Source: Octopus sinensis
Lineage: Eukaryota
Direction: 5' to 3'
NCBI RefSeq assembly: GCF_006345805.1
Contig: NC_043001.1
Span: forward strand, 558,001-622,000
Length of the DNA stretch: 64,000 nt
In this document: piece after piece, positions 12,701 to 26,451 of the stretch
How positions within the stretch are numbered: position 1 is the first letter of the stretch
Layout of the letters: the number at the start of each line of letters is the position of its first letter
The notes under the pieces: generated by a model
The model's database searches: none
The model's input: only the letters and a program-made list of their open reading frames with translations
Told to the model about the DNA's origin: nothing
Translations under genes and position numbers: made by a program

Positions 12701-15165
12701 CTATTACTAATATTACAACTTACAGAGGCACCTAACCAGGAATTTGGGAGGAGGCAACGGTCATTTGTATCAATTTTTATACTCTTGATAAACTATCACT
12801 ACTTGACTGTTACTTTATCAACCCCCAGTATTTGGCTGGTATTTTCTTTGTCAACCCCACTATTTGACTAGTGCTTTAATAACCTCACAACTTGATTGGC
12901 CCTCTCTTTATTAACTCCAGTAATTCACTAGAACTCTGTTAATTCCAGAATGACTGATAGTCAGGATAATGACTTCTATTGTTCTTTACACGAATCCTTC
13001 TCTAGTTTGAGATTATGTTCTGGCACATCGCCACCACCATCTCTCCCATACTCTTTTACTCTGTCTCTCTTTCTCTCTCCTCTTCTCCAACTGTGGAATC
13101 CTTGCATCTCTTCTACAGCAAGGCATCTATCTCCCCTCCCTCTATTATTCTTTTAATCTCTCATCAATTGGCACGCAGTCACCTCCCTCAATACTACCCT
13201 GCCCTCCTAGTGGAGGGGATTCTGTCTTCTCTTGCAAGTTGCTTGCACACCCATGGATGGATACTTCCTGTCCTGGAATTTGAAGCAACAGACGTTGTGT
13301 GCTGTTGCTGATGTTTAACCCCAAAGTAGTTCTGAAACGAGAAGTAGCCATAATCAAAGATATTCCAGCAGCAAAACCATTCCATTGCTTTCCAAAACAG
13401 TACAGCTAGGACCACATTATTGCTTTCTTTTGTTTTTTGTGAGACTATAGGCTGTGAATTGAGGAAAACTTGATGCTATTTCTAGCAGTTCCGGTAACCA
13501 TGCAAAGACTTTTGCCTGTGGGGTGTGTGTGTATGTTTGCATGCATGAATGGTCAGGCATGAAGTAACACAAGTAGATTAGCAGACAAATGGAGGGGAGA
13601 GGAAAGTGTGTGTGGGAAAGGGGACGGGGGTATATTATTGGATTATTTTACCACAGCAGAATCGGGGAGAAAAACATGATTATTGTTTATAGATCCGTAG
13701 GGAAAACAAAGATCCCTTTGTTTGGGTGAGTGTATGTAATAATTTTCAGTGTGTGTACATTGTATATGTGAGATTGTTAGTTTGTGTGCAAGGTGTGTGT
13801 GTGTGTGTGCGTGTGTGTGCATGTGTGTGTGTGTGTGTGTATGTGTTAGTATGTGTGTGAGTTTATATATGGTGGCCAGGTATGAAGTAATAAAGAATGT
13901 GTGGATAGACAAATAGATAAGATGAGAGAGCGAGTGAGTAAAACTTGTGAGAGAGCGGGAGAGAGAGAGGGGAGAAGGAGGGAGGGGATGAGACTGAGAA
14001 AGGTGAGAGAAATTATGAGATTATCTTTGCTCAGTAGAATCATGGAGAAAACAGATGATTAATATTTATGGATCCTTTGGGATAAAGATCCCAGAATGTG
14101 TGTGTGTGTGTGTGTGTGTGTATAAGATACAAATGATGAGAGAGAAAAAGGAGGGAATCAATTAATTGTGGCTACACAGTGTAAATAAAATTAATAATTA
14201 ATGAAGTTGGCATGAAATAATTAGATTAGAAAGAAGAGAGGGAAGAAAGAGATTGATAGACAGAGAGTGATTAGAGAGAGAGAGAGGAGGGGATGGAGAG
14301 TAAAGAAGGCAGAATATTAGATAGAAACTAATATATATATATACTGTATGTATAGATATATATGTGTATATATATATATACATTAAATAATGGATATGCA
14401 GTGTGTGGGTGGGGATCAATGGCAGTGGTGATGGTGGGGGAAACCCTTATATGAGAAGTAAAGGAAAGCAAACAAATGTGTAGAGAGATGTAGACATATG
14501 CAAAAGTATTAAACACACAGACACACACACACACATACACACACGTGTGTGTGTGTGCACACTTAGGCTGTGAAATGGCAGAACCATTATAGTTTTGGAT
14601 GGAATGCTTTGCCTCTCGAGTTCCTACCCTGCCACGATCAGCATGCCTGTCATCCTTCTTGGGCCAATAAATAAAGGATACCAGTCAAGAACTAGAGTCA
14701 GTAATTCTCCTTCTTTGTTTGTCTCCAAGAATCAGGTATATTCTTGGAGAGAAGGATCATGGACAACCACTCACAATGAAATGGAAAAGCAAAGATTTAT
14801 CAATCTCTTCCCATAGAAGACTGACATCAACCAATATGCATTAAACCACAGAATGGAAATTATCAGGGTCTGACTGTCTCCTCCCTCTCTCTCTCTCTAT
14901 CTATCTATCACTCTTACTTTCTCTCTCTATCACTCTGGCTCTCTGTCTGTCTATATTCATACATACACACTCATGTTTGAATTTACAAAGAGGTAGAGTA
15001 CTCAATACATACAGGATAGTTTATTTATTCAAAGCTGAAGCTTCTCCCCCTCAGAAAACAGGGTTTCAGATTTTTGCTTAACACCAATGAGCAGCAGAAA
15101 TGCAAAACTGAGAGAAGTTTTGAAATATATATCTCAATGTTGATTAATACTATGTATATTAATAA

Positions 15166-15198
<33 letters not shown>

Positions 15199-15226
15199 TG
15201 CATGTATATAAATATATATATATATC

Positions 15227-15388
15227 AGAATTTTTTGCATAATAAGATAAAAACCCAAGGCTGTGTAGATATTAGAACATTTATAGATAGAAGGTCTTAC
15301 AGCTGTTTCTAGGATAAGACCTTCTATCTATAAATGCTCTAATATCTACACAGCCTTGGTTTTTTTATCTTATTACGCAAAAAATTCT
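15227..15388. repeat. Near-perfect palindrome: 73/74-bp arms, 15-bp spacer (cagctgtttctagga)
   Basis: 15227-15299 vs 15315-15388: about 3 substitutions and 1 indel by hand alignment. Confidence 0.93.
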
Positions 15389-16059
15389 TATATACATACG
15401 CTGACATAGAACCAACGTTGAACCCTTTATTTGCAATATCACCGAATCTGGAACTTAACTATGGTCTGTCTATAGCACTTATTCAGCATTACCTGACACC
15501 TTTGGGTTTCAATGACACCATTATCTCTTATAACCTCAACTTCTCGCTATATATAAATTAAATTTTCTCTTTCAATTTCAGAATTACAACTATTAGTGGT
15601 TTGAGTTTGGCTGCTCTTTCTAGTGAGTCGAATGTCCTATTATGGCCATTTCTTATATTTTTGAATGTATATTATATAGTCTTTGACTATCTTTCCTTTC
15701 TCGCTAGACCGCTGGTAGCGGAGAATTTTTTCTAGAATTTTTTGCTACCCTTATATTTATTAATATTTATATATATATATATATGTAAATATATGCTTAT
15801 GTATGCTTATATATATATATATAGGCAATTATGCAGATAAACAAATTTGGTACATTAATTATATTAAATATATTAAATATAATAGTTTTGGTATGAAAAA
15901 AAATGTATTTATGTATCCATGCAAAACGAGAGAAAGCTAAAGGTGGAGACTTACAGATGATGAATATTTAAGTATAAATATCCAGATAGTTATATCAATA
16001 GATACAACTTACACAGAGTGCAAACGACAGAGAAAAAGGGGTGGAAGAAAGGTGTTATA

Positions 16060-16339
16060 AGACCAACAGCTGTTTCTTGGGGCTTGGAGATCCCTGATAA
16101 TGTTGGCAGATGTAATTTATCTCAGTATGTGGCCATAATGGATACAATCAACATTGGATGAGACGAGCCTCTATCATCAGGCTTCAGAAAATCTTACATT
16201 TCAGATCTTTAATGCAGAGAAGTTCAAAGAGGGAATCATTCCAACTTCTATGGAAAAAAATGGTGACATCTCTCTTCTACTGTAGGTCAGCAAATGTCAC
16301 ATCCAGTTTGTGGATGTGTGTGAACAAATATATATATAT

Positions 16340-16385
<46 letters not shown>

Positions 16386-16950
16386 CATCCACAAACTGGA
16401 TGTGACATTTTAGGATAGCTGCTTATCACATGCGTAATGTCTTCCACAGAAACATGACACAGCCGACACATGCAGTGGCAGCTTGGGATTACAAGAGCAT
16501 CCCTGTCTCTTGTCCACCAGTGGGATGTAATGTAGTGGTCTTGTGTCCAAGAGAGGCTGTGCTTCGTGTCAATTCTACTGTCATCTTCAAGCTTCCAGGC
16601 AACATACCCATGCATAGTCTTTATTCTGTATGCTGAGCGCTCTCCATCCAGGTCTTCTCTGAGGTAAGAGAGCCCAGCTGTTTTGGGGCTGTATAGGAGA
16701 TCATCAGGAAGGGAATGTTTCTTGAGGAGTTCACTACCAACTCATACAATGTTGCTCACTTCACTTTTCAGGACTGCATTTATATATATTTATTTTTACT
16801 GCTGTTGTTTAACAGGTGCAGCCTGAGTGACACCATATAACATTCAAAGGCCGTCTGCACTGGTCTCAGGCCTCTACCACCTTCATTTCTTCTTAAGTAG
16901 AGCCTGTCAACATCACTGTTTCTGTGGAAGTTCCCAGTTGGTGTCAGGAT
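16060..16950 (-). mobile_element. Degenerate RLE-type (R4/NeSL-like) LINE C-terminal fragment
   Basis: DVDRLYLRRNEGGRGL (16780..17082 ORF) and CRLCHVSVEDITHVISSYPKMS CCHC knuckle (16277..16615 ORF); interrupted by (CA)n. Confidence 0.7.
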
Positions 16951-17469
16951 TTTGCAGGTATTGATAACACATACATATACATATACATTGATATATACAT
17001 GCGTACATGCACGCACACACACACACAGCCACCCACCCATCCACACATATATGCATGTGTGTGTGATATTGGTATTTGTCAATGAGTGTCAGGTTGTCTT
17101 TCTTTTACAATCTCCTGTTAAATCATGTTCAGCTATTTACTGTTTATTCATGCATCTCCCCCTACAGCAAGACACCTGTTTCTGTCACATCCCCTCTCAA
17201 AGGATCTTTGTCTTGTAAGTTACTTGGTGACTCTGCCAGTGCAGATAACGCTAAGATAACGAGGACGTAAATACACCAACACCAGTATTCAGGCGATGGT
17301 GGGGGACAAACACACGCAAAACCACATACGCATATACGACGGGCTTCCTTCAGATTCTTTCTACCAAATGCGCTCGGAACATAAAAAGTATCCAGTCCAC
17401 ACTGTAAAATGGTTGGAATTTGGAAGGATATCCAGCTATAAAAATAAGATTGCCAAAAGTGACCTCGTC

Positions 17470-18395
17470 TGTGCTGGTGCCACATAAGAAAAGCATTCAG
17501 TCAAATCTGGAGGGGTTGGTATTAGGAAGGGCATCCAGCCGTAAAAACCGTGCCAAAACAGATGGGGAAGCCTGGTGCAGCCTTCTGCTTGTTAAACAAT
17601 CCAACCCATGTCACTATGGAAAGCAGACTTTAAAAAGTGATGATGATGATGATTACTTAGAAGCAGGTGAGGATTGGCAACAAGAAAGGCATCCAGCCTG
17701 GATGTTAACATACTTGATGCAGTGAATTCAGTGTCCGGAGTTGTCACTGGTCTGTTAAAGACCAGATTCACTTTCCTGCCTCAATCCATATTTTATTGAC
17801 GTCCACCTCTCTCCCACAACCCATCCATGTTCATTATAGATGTACCCACCTCTACCCTCCATTCTCCCTCAAGCGTCCAACGATTTGCCCCTGTTAAATC
17901 CTTCCCCTTTCTCTTCCCCTTCTCTCTCAAAATCTCCTGACTTCACCCACCAACCTACTTTCTCCAATCCTGGTCTACTTCTCTATATACACGACACTGT
18001 CATTTTGGTGTACAGCTTCTGCCCCTTCTCTGTTACATCTTCACCATCATTCTCTCCCCTCTCTCTGTCTCTTCTCCATCTAAGGGAGTCAGGTCTCTCT
18101 TCTAATGCAAAGCATTTTCTCCCCTCATACTACCCCCCCTCCTCAGTTAAGGAGTCTTGCCTTGCAAGTTACTTGGTGATCTCGCTGCTGCTGCTGCTGG
18201 TGCCACATAAAAAGCACCCAGTACCCTCCAAGTACCCTCTGAAAAATGAATGATGTGAGGAAGGGCATCCAGCTATAGAAACCATGCCAAAACAGATAGC
18301 AGAGCTTGGTGTATTCTTCTGACTTGCCTGTTCTTGTCAAACCATCCAACTCAGGCCAGTATGGAAGATGAACATAAAATGATGATGATGATGAG
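17470..18395 (+). mobile_element. Two RTE-type 3' tail copies (about 17470-17653 and 18150-18395)
   Basis: gaagggcatccagc..aaaccatgccaaaacaga..ccaacccatg..(gat)n in both. Confidence 0.7.
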
Positions 18396-19418
18396 GATGA
18401 ATTAAAATTTCAATGTTTTATCCCCCTGCCTTTTCTTTTTAACTCAATCATTTTAATAATGATTGTTCTCATCACTAAAGGTGTGTTTGTATCTTGAATT
18501 CAAAGGTCCAGCCTCATCACCTTTTGCATCCTGCAGATTCAGTTTGGGAATTATGTTAAGAGTAAAGCTGTCTGTGTGATACTCAGCCACTTATACATTA
18601 ATTTATTGTTCAGCTGATCAAAACCAATTGTAAGTTCACTTTACTATTCTATCAAGAATTCAAGAGACACTTTACTTTTAAAGTTTTCAGACATCAGATG
18701 TCCTTTGGTGTTGTTTTAACTTCTAAACATCAATTCATTCACAAAAACTCTATGTCTTCTGCATTTATTGTTGTTATACAAACAGCAATAAACATAAAAC
18801 TCTGAGAAGTAACAGAGACTGTCATTTCCACTGTGTGTGTGTGTGTGTGTGTTCATGTGTGTGCGTGCACGCATATGCATACATCTTTTAATACATAAAT
18901 GGAGGGATGTTGGAAAATTTTTGTTAAATTAAAATGTCTGAATGCCATAAGATAGAGAAAATCTTTATTGATGTGTATTTATCAAGTATATGTCATTTCT
19001 CTTATAAAGATTATACAATATACCTACTGTATATTTTTTGCTTAAAACCTAGATTTGTTTTGCCGTTAGACAATGTGTCTTAGAAAGTTCTTTCTCTCTG
19101 TATAATTTTTATATTCATTTTGCAAATGTTTCCATGAACCATGCAAGGCATATAAAAGTCTAAATGCATCTCTGATACAACTAAGTTGTTGTAATTTACA
19201 TCATTGGCCATAACAAATTTAGTTTCTACTTCAAGGTTGAACAATTAAAAGCAGGAAGAAAATCCAGTTGTAAAAGAAACATTTGGTGGTGGGATTGATA
19301 AAACAACATATCTCATTTAATTATCTCACTTGTATGAGAAGTGAAAAATATATATATAAAAAACAAAACAAAACAAAAACAAAGAAAAAATCAAAAACAA
19401 AATAATTTAACTACTTAC

Positions 19419-19527
19419 TTCCATTTAATCTGTTGTGGATTAGCAAAACCCTCACATGCTAACTGTACATTCATTCCTTGCCTAATTTTTCCTGTAATAT
19501 TTATTTTCATTGTAATATCTGGAGGAT
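19419..19527 (-). CDS. Exon: first half of Ig3 (YPPDITMKINITGKIRQGMNVQLACEGFANPQQIKW)
   Basis: Found by searching for the missing phase 1-2 exon. Acceptor ccacttatccag|, donor |gtaagt; 109 bp; CxxxANP motif. Confidence 0.9.
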
Positions 19528-22084
19528 CTGGATAAGTGGATAAATAAATCATTAAAAAAATAATTAAAGAAGGAAAAATCTAAAATAGAAGGCAAAATGG
19601 GTTAGATTTTCATATAAATAATCTGACAAAATTTCATTTTGCCCCTCTTATATGTAATCTATGCAAGCAAATATAGTGGGGCCAATATTTCTTTTCCAAT
19701 AAACTCTTATGTCTAAAAGTGTCCTAAAGTTTTCTTGGGCTTCAGGTTTTTGTCCGATATCATGGGATTCAGTGAATGAGAGATAATGATACACTAACTC
19801 TTGGATGTGATTCCTGTCTAATCATGAAATTTTTCCAGAAAATCTGAATTTGAATTCTTGACAGTTTAAGCAAACTATGTAAAGTGTGTGGAATTTGTGT
19901 GTCCACTGACACATCAGAACAATCAGTTGCAGATTTTTACTCTCCACATATGGACAGCTTGACCAATACGTTATCCACTTAAAAAATTTGCATTTTACAT
20001 GGTATAACAAGACAACGGGGGACTATGTATGTAGATACTCATCTTGCTGGAAAGCGCATGCAAATTTTCTTCAAACTGCACCTCCAACCAGAAGGTCATA
20101 TTGAATAATGTAGTCCTAGATACCTTTTAAGAAAAGACAGGATGGTCATAACTGTATCACCCTATAATCCTTATAGTTAATGCAGTCCTGCATATACTAT
20201 GCTTGAAAATAGGAAGGAATTTTTATGATGAGAATGTTTAACATAGGTTTGCTTGATCAGGGGTTAAACTATAACAATAAAGGGAACATCAATGGGAATC
20301 CTATTTCTACAGGAGTGGGAAACAGGAATTCTTACTAATGGCATAGGAAACTTGATCATTGAAGGATGATATTTGGGTGAAAACCGGTCAAGTAAACCCA
20401 AGTCGACTCCTTAGTCTGCATGGAAGAAGCAAGATGAAAGAAGACATGGAAATCAGTACCAATAGCTGCTCTCAGAAGGCTGAATTCTCACAAAGGATAA
20501 AATAATATGATGAAGCAGATCCCATCCAGCTCATGCCAACATGGAAAGAAAACATATTATAATCACTAATTTTACACTGACAATACTCAAACAGGCCCAT
20601 TGCCAGTATTTGATCCCCTTATCTATTGTTTACCAAGTGAATGCATAGCTAATTACACCATCGAATACTTGTCATTCTGCCTTTTCAAATTAAGGTTTCT
20701 ACAATTGTTTCTTATTTTTACTTCACAAAATAGTTGAACAATCATTTTGTGCTAGCAGAAAGATTATTCTGATGTAGTGATGTGTTCCCCTTTATTTTGA
20801 TGTTAGCAATGAACCAAATTATTAACTAATTACTAAGATTTTAATGCAATTGACAGATAAATGCATGAAATCCTGTCAGTGAGACCAGTTGGTTTTTTTC
20901 TGTGTCTGTCAAATATGGTGGATATATGTCTAATATAAACTACATAAGACTCTTAACAGTTAATTCATAACCCCAGTTTATGTTGCTGCCAAGATTGGAT
21001 ACCAGATTATCTGAGGAAATTTTAACAGTTAATTGGGTTGGTCAGTCATTGACAAATACCTTTGAACATGAAAGAGTTAACTATTTATCCCAGAGTAGGT
21101 TCTTTGGTCATTTTTAGTAAATCTCTCTTCTACTCACATATGATGTAAAATTTTAGTATTTTGTTGCTTAAATGTTTTCTGCCTTAATTTCTATTGTATT
21201 TTATGATGATGATGATCATAAATCACAATAACATTGATTTGTGTGGAGAACGTTATATTTCACGAGTGCTATATGACACAAAACAGGATAGTTAAGGTTT
21301 TATACCATGGTTTGTACAATAAATATATCTACAGTATGACACATAATATTCTATTTTGCATATTGTTTACATAAAAATATCAGGTATGTTATGAAATATG
21401 AAGAAAAGCAACGTTTCATATATCATCACAAAAGACCTAATTTTAACATATTGGATTTTGAATGTTTAGATATCTTATATCAAGGAACATAATTGAGTTT
21501 TATCGTAGAGTTTTGTAACTCTTAGATTATCAATAACATTGCTTCAAAACAATATAGCTCCTATCATAAATCAATGAATATTCCTTTGATATTACAATAT
21601 AACATTTTGTTTTGCCTTCTTAGGAAGTACAAAGCAAACCTGATTGGGAGATTGTGTGCTGTCTCTTTAGCATAGAATTAACTCTTTCAAACTCAAAAAA
21701 TACAAGTGCAAAAAAATAATTTTGTGTATAATTAAAAAGATAAAATCCTTTTAAAATATTTTGTATAAAATCTATTTCTGGTTTCTCCTTCTCTCTCAAA
21801 TCATACATCTTAAAAAAGGAGAACATATGTTATTCTTCGTAACATGGGTGGTGTGGCACAATGAACAGGAGAGAGAGTGAATGATTGGCTATTTCAGGGG
21901 CTGTAGGATTAAATAGAGAGATGCTAAGAGCAAACATACTAAATGAGAGACCCAAATATATGCAAACTTATTACAATTATACATTACAATCTCTGTCTTA
22001 TTTTTATGTTTCATTGTGCTTGCATGTGTGAGTGAGTTTGCTTCAGCAGTGAATATTGCCAATCACCAATGTTTTGTCATCTCC

Positions 22085-22085
22085 T

Positions 22086-22125
<40 letters not shown>

Positions 22126-22410
22126 CATTATTATTATTATTATTATTATGGCTTGGCTCAGGTTTGGTCTTATTCCTGGTAGGAATTATGCAGATAGATG
22201 GCTACTATCTGTAACCTTAGGTATCCACAAGTTTCTAGCAGTCTTTCAAGTGCTTAGAACCCTCGTGACAATCTTTGCTGTCCCTAACAGACAAACTTTC
22301 TGCAGGAGCTCTACTGGGCATTCTATTTCAATCTCCCTCAGTAATTTGTCTACATCTTAGCTTACTCTTCCCAATCAACCAAATATTATAGGCATGACCT
22401 TTACTGAGCA
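22085..22410 (-). mobile_element. RLE-LINE 3' end with (TAA)n tail
   Basis: Minus frame reads VMPIIFG*LG..EIECPVELLQKVCLLGTAKIVTRVL*, then a UTR and (ATT)n at 22085-22148. Confidence 0.75.
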
Positions 22411-22600
22411 CAGCTTTGCATGTCTTGAGTATGTGCTGTGGTTTGTTGTGGTGCTATTATTGTCACTGTAGTGAAAGTGCTTCATGTACAACGTGCACAG
22501 TGCCTGGTAGTGTTACTTTCTGTGTGTTATACACATTCGTAAGTCCCAGTGTTTGTTTATGGATTTGTCTGGATATTTTTAATCATATTATTTATCTTTA
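22410..22600 (-). mobile_element. 3' fragment of the Dong-like family (related to 25550-25730)
   Basis: actgagcacagct..gtatgtgctgtg.tttgttgtg..gtaagtcc..gtgttt matches 25555-25720. Confidence 0.7.
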
Positions 22601-23650
22601 TCACAGGTTTTGTTGGAGCTCCTGGAGTCTTATATGCATAGCTGGCTTGCTACCTGCAGCCCACAGTACCAAGCTATCCATTCTTTTCAGCTATATAATA
22701 CTTTCCTGATTATTCTGGCCATGCCGAGGAGGCAAACATTTTGTAACAGTCCTACTGGACACTCTATTCCAATTTCCTTTATATTCTCCTTGATGCCCTC
22801 GGAAACTGTTCCCAAGGACCCAATGATAATTGGTACTATCTTCACCTTCTTCATTTTCCACGGGTGGGCTATTTTGTACTTAAGAGGGTTGTATCTATCT
22901 ATCTTTTTGCCTTCCTTCTTGAGTATTTGTGGGTGAAAGGGGCATGCAACATCAACTATATAGCATATATGGTGCATCATATACACCACCACTAGGTCTG
23001 GTTTGTTATGCTCAAGCCCCTGATATGCTTTGATTGGAAAATCCCCACAGGATTTTGCTAGTCTCCAACCCCACCACTCTCTGCAGTTGGTGATCATACC
23101 ACGTCTTGCCTCCCTCTAGACCCCACTTTTTGCACAGTTTCCAATGTAGCACTTTTGCTACCTGATTGTGGCTTTGGACAAGTCTATGGCATTTGTTCAT
23201 GATATGGGCAATGGTTTCATCCACTCTTCTACAGATGCAGCAGAGCAGAGACACTTGCTCATTCCAAAGGTTGACCCTCCAATCCATGGCCAAAGCTTGG
23301 TCTTACACTGCCAGTATAATGCTCTCAGTCTCTTTTTCCAGTGTTCCTTTCTTTAGCCAATCCCACCTCTGTTTTCCAGCAACTTCTGTTGTAGCTCCAT
23401 GGAATCGATTGTGTAGTTCCTTCTTGCATAATTCTTCTTCATATCCTTTTTTGCACTTCTTCCTTTCTATTCCCTTTTGTTTCTGCTCTCAATACTCTCT
23501 CATTCTTAACTGTCACAAGGAGGGTTTCCTTACTTTGGGTTAGGGTTTGGGATAGGGTGGAGAGGAAAGTGTTGCCTTCTAGCAAGTTTGTTGAAAGGTG
23601 GGTGAATGTTAGAAGAAAGGCCAGTGTGAAAGGACCAATTCTGCTCATAA
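22600..23650 (-). mobile_element. 5'-truncated RLE-type LINE (CCHC + restriction-like endonuclease)
   Basis: CCICRRVDETIAHIMNKC; NKPDLVVV..YIVDVACP..KIDRY; KIVPIIIGSLG (ORFs 23012..23293 and 22687..23097). Confidence 0.85.
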
Positions 23651-23778
23651 ACCGGTAAAAAAAGGAATTAAAGGAGAAGGGCTTTTGCCCTGTTGATCAG
23701 GCAGCCATAGCTTTTGTGGGTTTTTCCACGAGGACCTTAGAGTGCTTCCCTATTGGGAGTTTTAATTTGTTTAATTTT

Positions 23779-25180
23779 TACCCAGTGTAACCAATGGACA
23801 CATAAGAGGTGCAGTAATATCAAAGGGAGGCTAACTGCGAAGAAAGTTTTTGTATGTGGCAGATGCTTGGGAGCAATAAACACTGAAAATGTGCAGAGAC
23901 CAACTTCTGCCACATTCCAGGAAGAAAAACTAGAAGTAGTTGATAGCTTCTGTTACCTAGGTGACCAAGTCAGTAGCGGAGGTGGATGCACTGAAAGTGT
24001 AGCTGCTAGAACAAGAATAGCTTGGGCAAAGTTCAGAGAGCTCTTACCTCTGCTGGTGACAAAGGGCCTCTCGCTCAGAGTAAAAGGTAGACTGTATGAC
24101 GCATGTGTACAAACAGTCATGCTACATGGCAGTGAAACATGGGCTGTGACTGCTGAGGACATGCGTAAGCTCACAAGAAATGAAGCCAGTATGATCTGAT
24201 GGATGTGTAATGTCAGTGTGCATACTCGACAGAATGTAAGTTGGACCTAAGAAGCATCAGATGTGGTGTGCAAGAGAGATGCATGCTCTGGTATGGTCAT
24301 GTGGCAAGAATGGACGACGACAGCTGTGTGAAAAAGTGCCACACCCTAGCGGTTGAGGGAATCTGTGGAAGAGGTAGACCCAGGAAGAGCTGGGATGAAG
24401 TGGTGAAGCATGACCTTCGAACTTTAGGCCTCACCAAGGTAATGACTAGTGACCGAGACCTTTGGAAATATGCCATGCATGAGAAGACCCAGCAAGCCAA
24501 ATGAAACCATAATCTCATGACCTATGCCAGGGGCGTAACCAGCCCACTTATGCGTACCTTTTCCTAAAACTCTGCTTGCGAAGACCTGTTGAGGCAAGCG
24601 AAATCAAATCAATCAAAAGCAAAATCAAAATCAAATTCGATGACTGGTGTCCATGCTAGCAGGGTGCAAAGAGCACCATACGAGTGTGATCGTTGACAGA
24701 GCAGCTAACCGGCTTCTGTGTCAGTGACACTTAAAGGGCACCATTTGAGCGTGATCGTTACCAGCGTCGCCTTACTGGCACTTGTGCCCGTGCTAGTAGG
24801 GTGCCAAGAGCACCATCCGAGCGTGATCATTGCTAGAGCAGCCAACTGGCTTCTGTGCCAGTGACACGTAAAAGGGCACCATTTGAGTGTGATCATTACC
24901 AAAGTCACCTTACTGGCATCTGTGCCGGGGGGCATGTGTAAAAGGATTTGAGCGAGCTCGTTGCCAGTACCGCCTGACTGGCCCCCATGCCGGTGGCATG
25001 TAAAAAGCACCCACTATACTCTCGGAGTGGTTGGCATTAGGAATGGCATCCAGCTGTAGAGACTCTGCCAAATCAAGATTGGAGCCTAGTGCAGCCATCT
25101 GGTTTGCCAGCCCTCAGTTAAAATCGTCCAACCCATGCTAGCATGGAAAGCGGACGTTAAACGATGATGATGATGATGAT
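23779..25180 (+). mobile_element. 5'-truncated RTE-clade LINE (PHD-like finger remnant, RT thumb, 3' UTR repeats, (GAT)n tail)
   Basis: QC..WTHKRC..CGRC; LEVVDSFCYLG; KGRLYDACVQTVMLHGSETWA; WYGHV.RM; RGRPRKSW; tail at 25160-25180. Confidence 0.9.
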
Positions 25181-25350
25181 TTATTGTTTACATGCTGAAA
25201 AAACCCATTGTATTGTCCCATTTTTGATTTTATGTTGCTGCATGTCATTTAATGTTGTTTTATATAAGCCCTTATGACTAATAATATAATTAATAATCAT
25301 CATCATCACCATCACCATCATCATTGTCATCATCATCATCATTTTTATTA

Positions 25351-25381
<31 letters not shown>

Positions 25382-25522
25382 CATTATTATTATTATTATT
25401 GTTATTCTGACAGACTCTCGGATAGTTCTTAGTTACTGGTTATTCTTTACTTGAAAGCAACCAATAACAAATCACTAAAGGTTTCAAGTGGTGCCTTCTC
25501 TTGTGACATTATTATTATTATT

Positions 25523-26418
25523 CAGTACTTTTATTTTTATATCGTGCTTCACTACCGAGCACAGCTCTGTGTGCTTGGGTATGTGCTGTGATTTGTTGTG
25601 ATGCTCTGATGGTTATTGTATTGAAAGTGTTCTGCGTAGGATGTAGTGCAATTTTCTGTATGTTATATGTGTTTGTAAGTCCTGGTGTTTTTGTTATGTA
25701 TTTGTCTGAATATTTTTTTATCATGCCTAATGCACCCACTATGATAGGAATTGTTTCTGTTTTCAGATTCCACATTCTGGTTACCTCTATTTCCAGGTCT
25801 TTGTATTTTGAAAGTGTCTCCATTTCTTTTAGAGACACGTTGTCATCTGCTGGTATTGATACATCAATTAGAAAGCATTATTTTTCTTCATGATCTCTGA
25901 CAACTATATCTGGTCTGTTGGCCTTAATTTCTCTATCTGTGTGTATTGGAATATCCCAGAGTATGGTTGCTTTCTCGTTTTCTGTGACTTTTTCTGGTGT
26001 GTGCCTATACCATCTTTTTTCTGTTGTTATTCCATAATGTTGGCATAGCTTCCAATGTATGTAGGTTCCAACTCTGTCATGTCTGTGAATATATTCCTTT
26101 TTAGCCAAGACTAGGCAACCAGAGATAATATGATTTATTGTTTCTTGTCCATCTCCACATATTCTGCAGTTACTTGTAATATTTCTTTTCATTACATGTT
26201 TTTGGTAATTTCTGGTGGGGAGGCTTTGGTCTTGTGCTGCAATTAAAAATCCCTCTGTTTCTGCTTTGAGTCCTGAGCTTCTCAACCACTGCTGGGATTT
26301 TTCTTTGTCTATTTCTTTTGCGTTTAGTTTAGTCCAATATTTACCATCGTTTTATCATGGTTCTTTGCTGTTCTATTTTTAGTATGGATTTCATTTGTTT
26401 TATAGCTTTTGTTGTTTC

Positions 26419-26451
<33 letters not shown>

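Noticed and set aside
19822-20010. Cys/Trp-containing ORF near the 19419 exon
   Set aside because: No Ig or TE motif in any frame and no usable splice pair.
24651-24960. Repeat-spacer-like pattern suggestive of a CRISPR array
   Set aside because: Eukaryotic context; the units are degenerate whole-unit tandem duplications inside an RTE 3' UTR, with no unique spacers and no cas genes.
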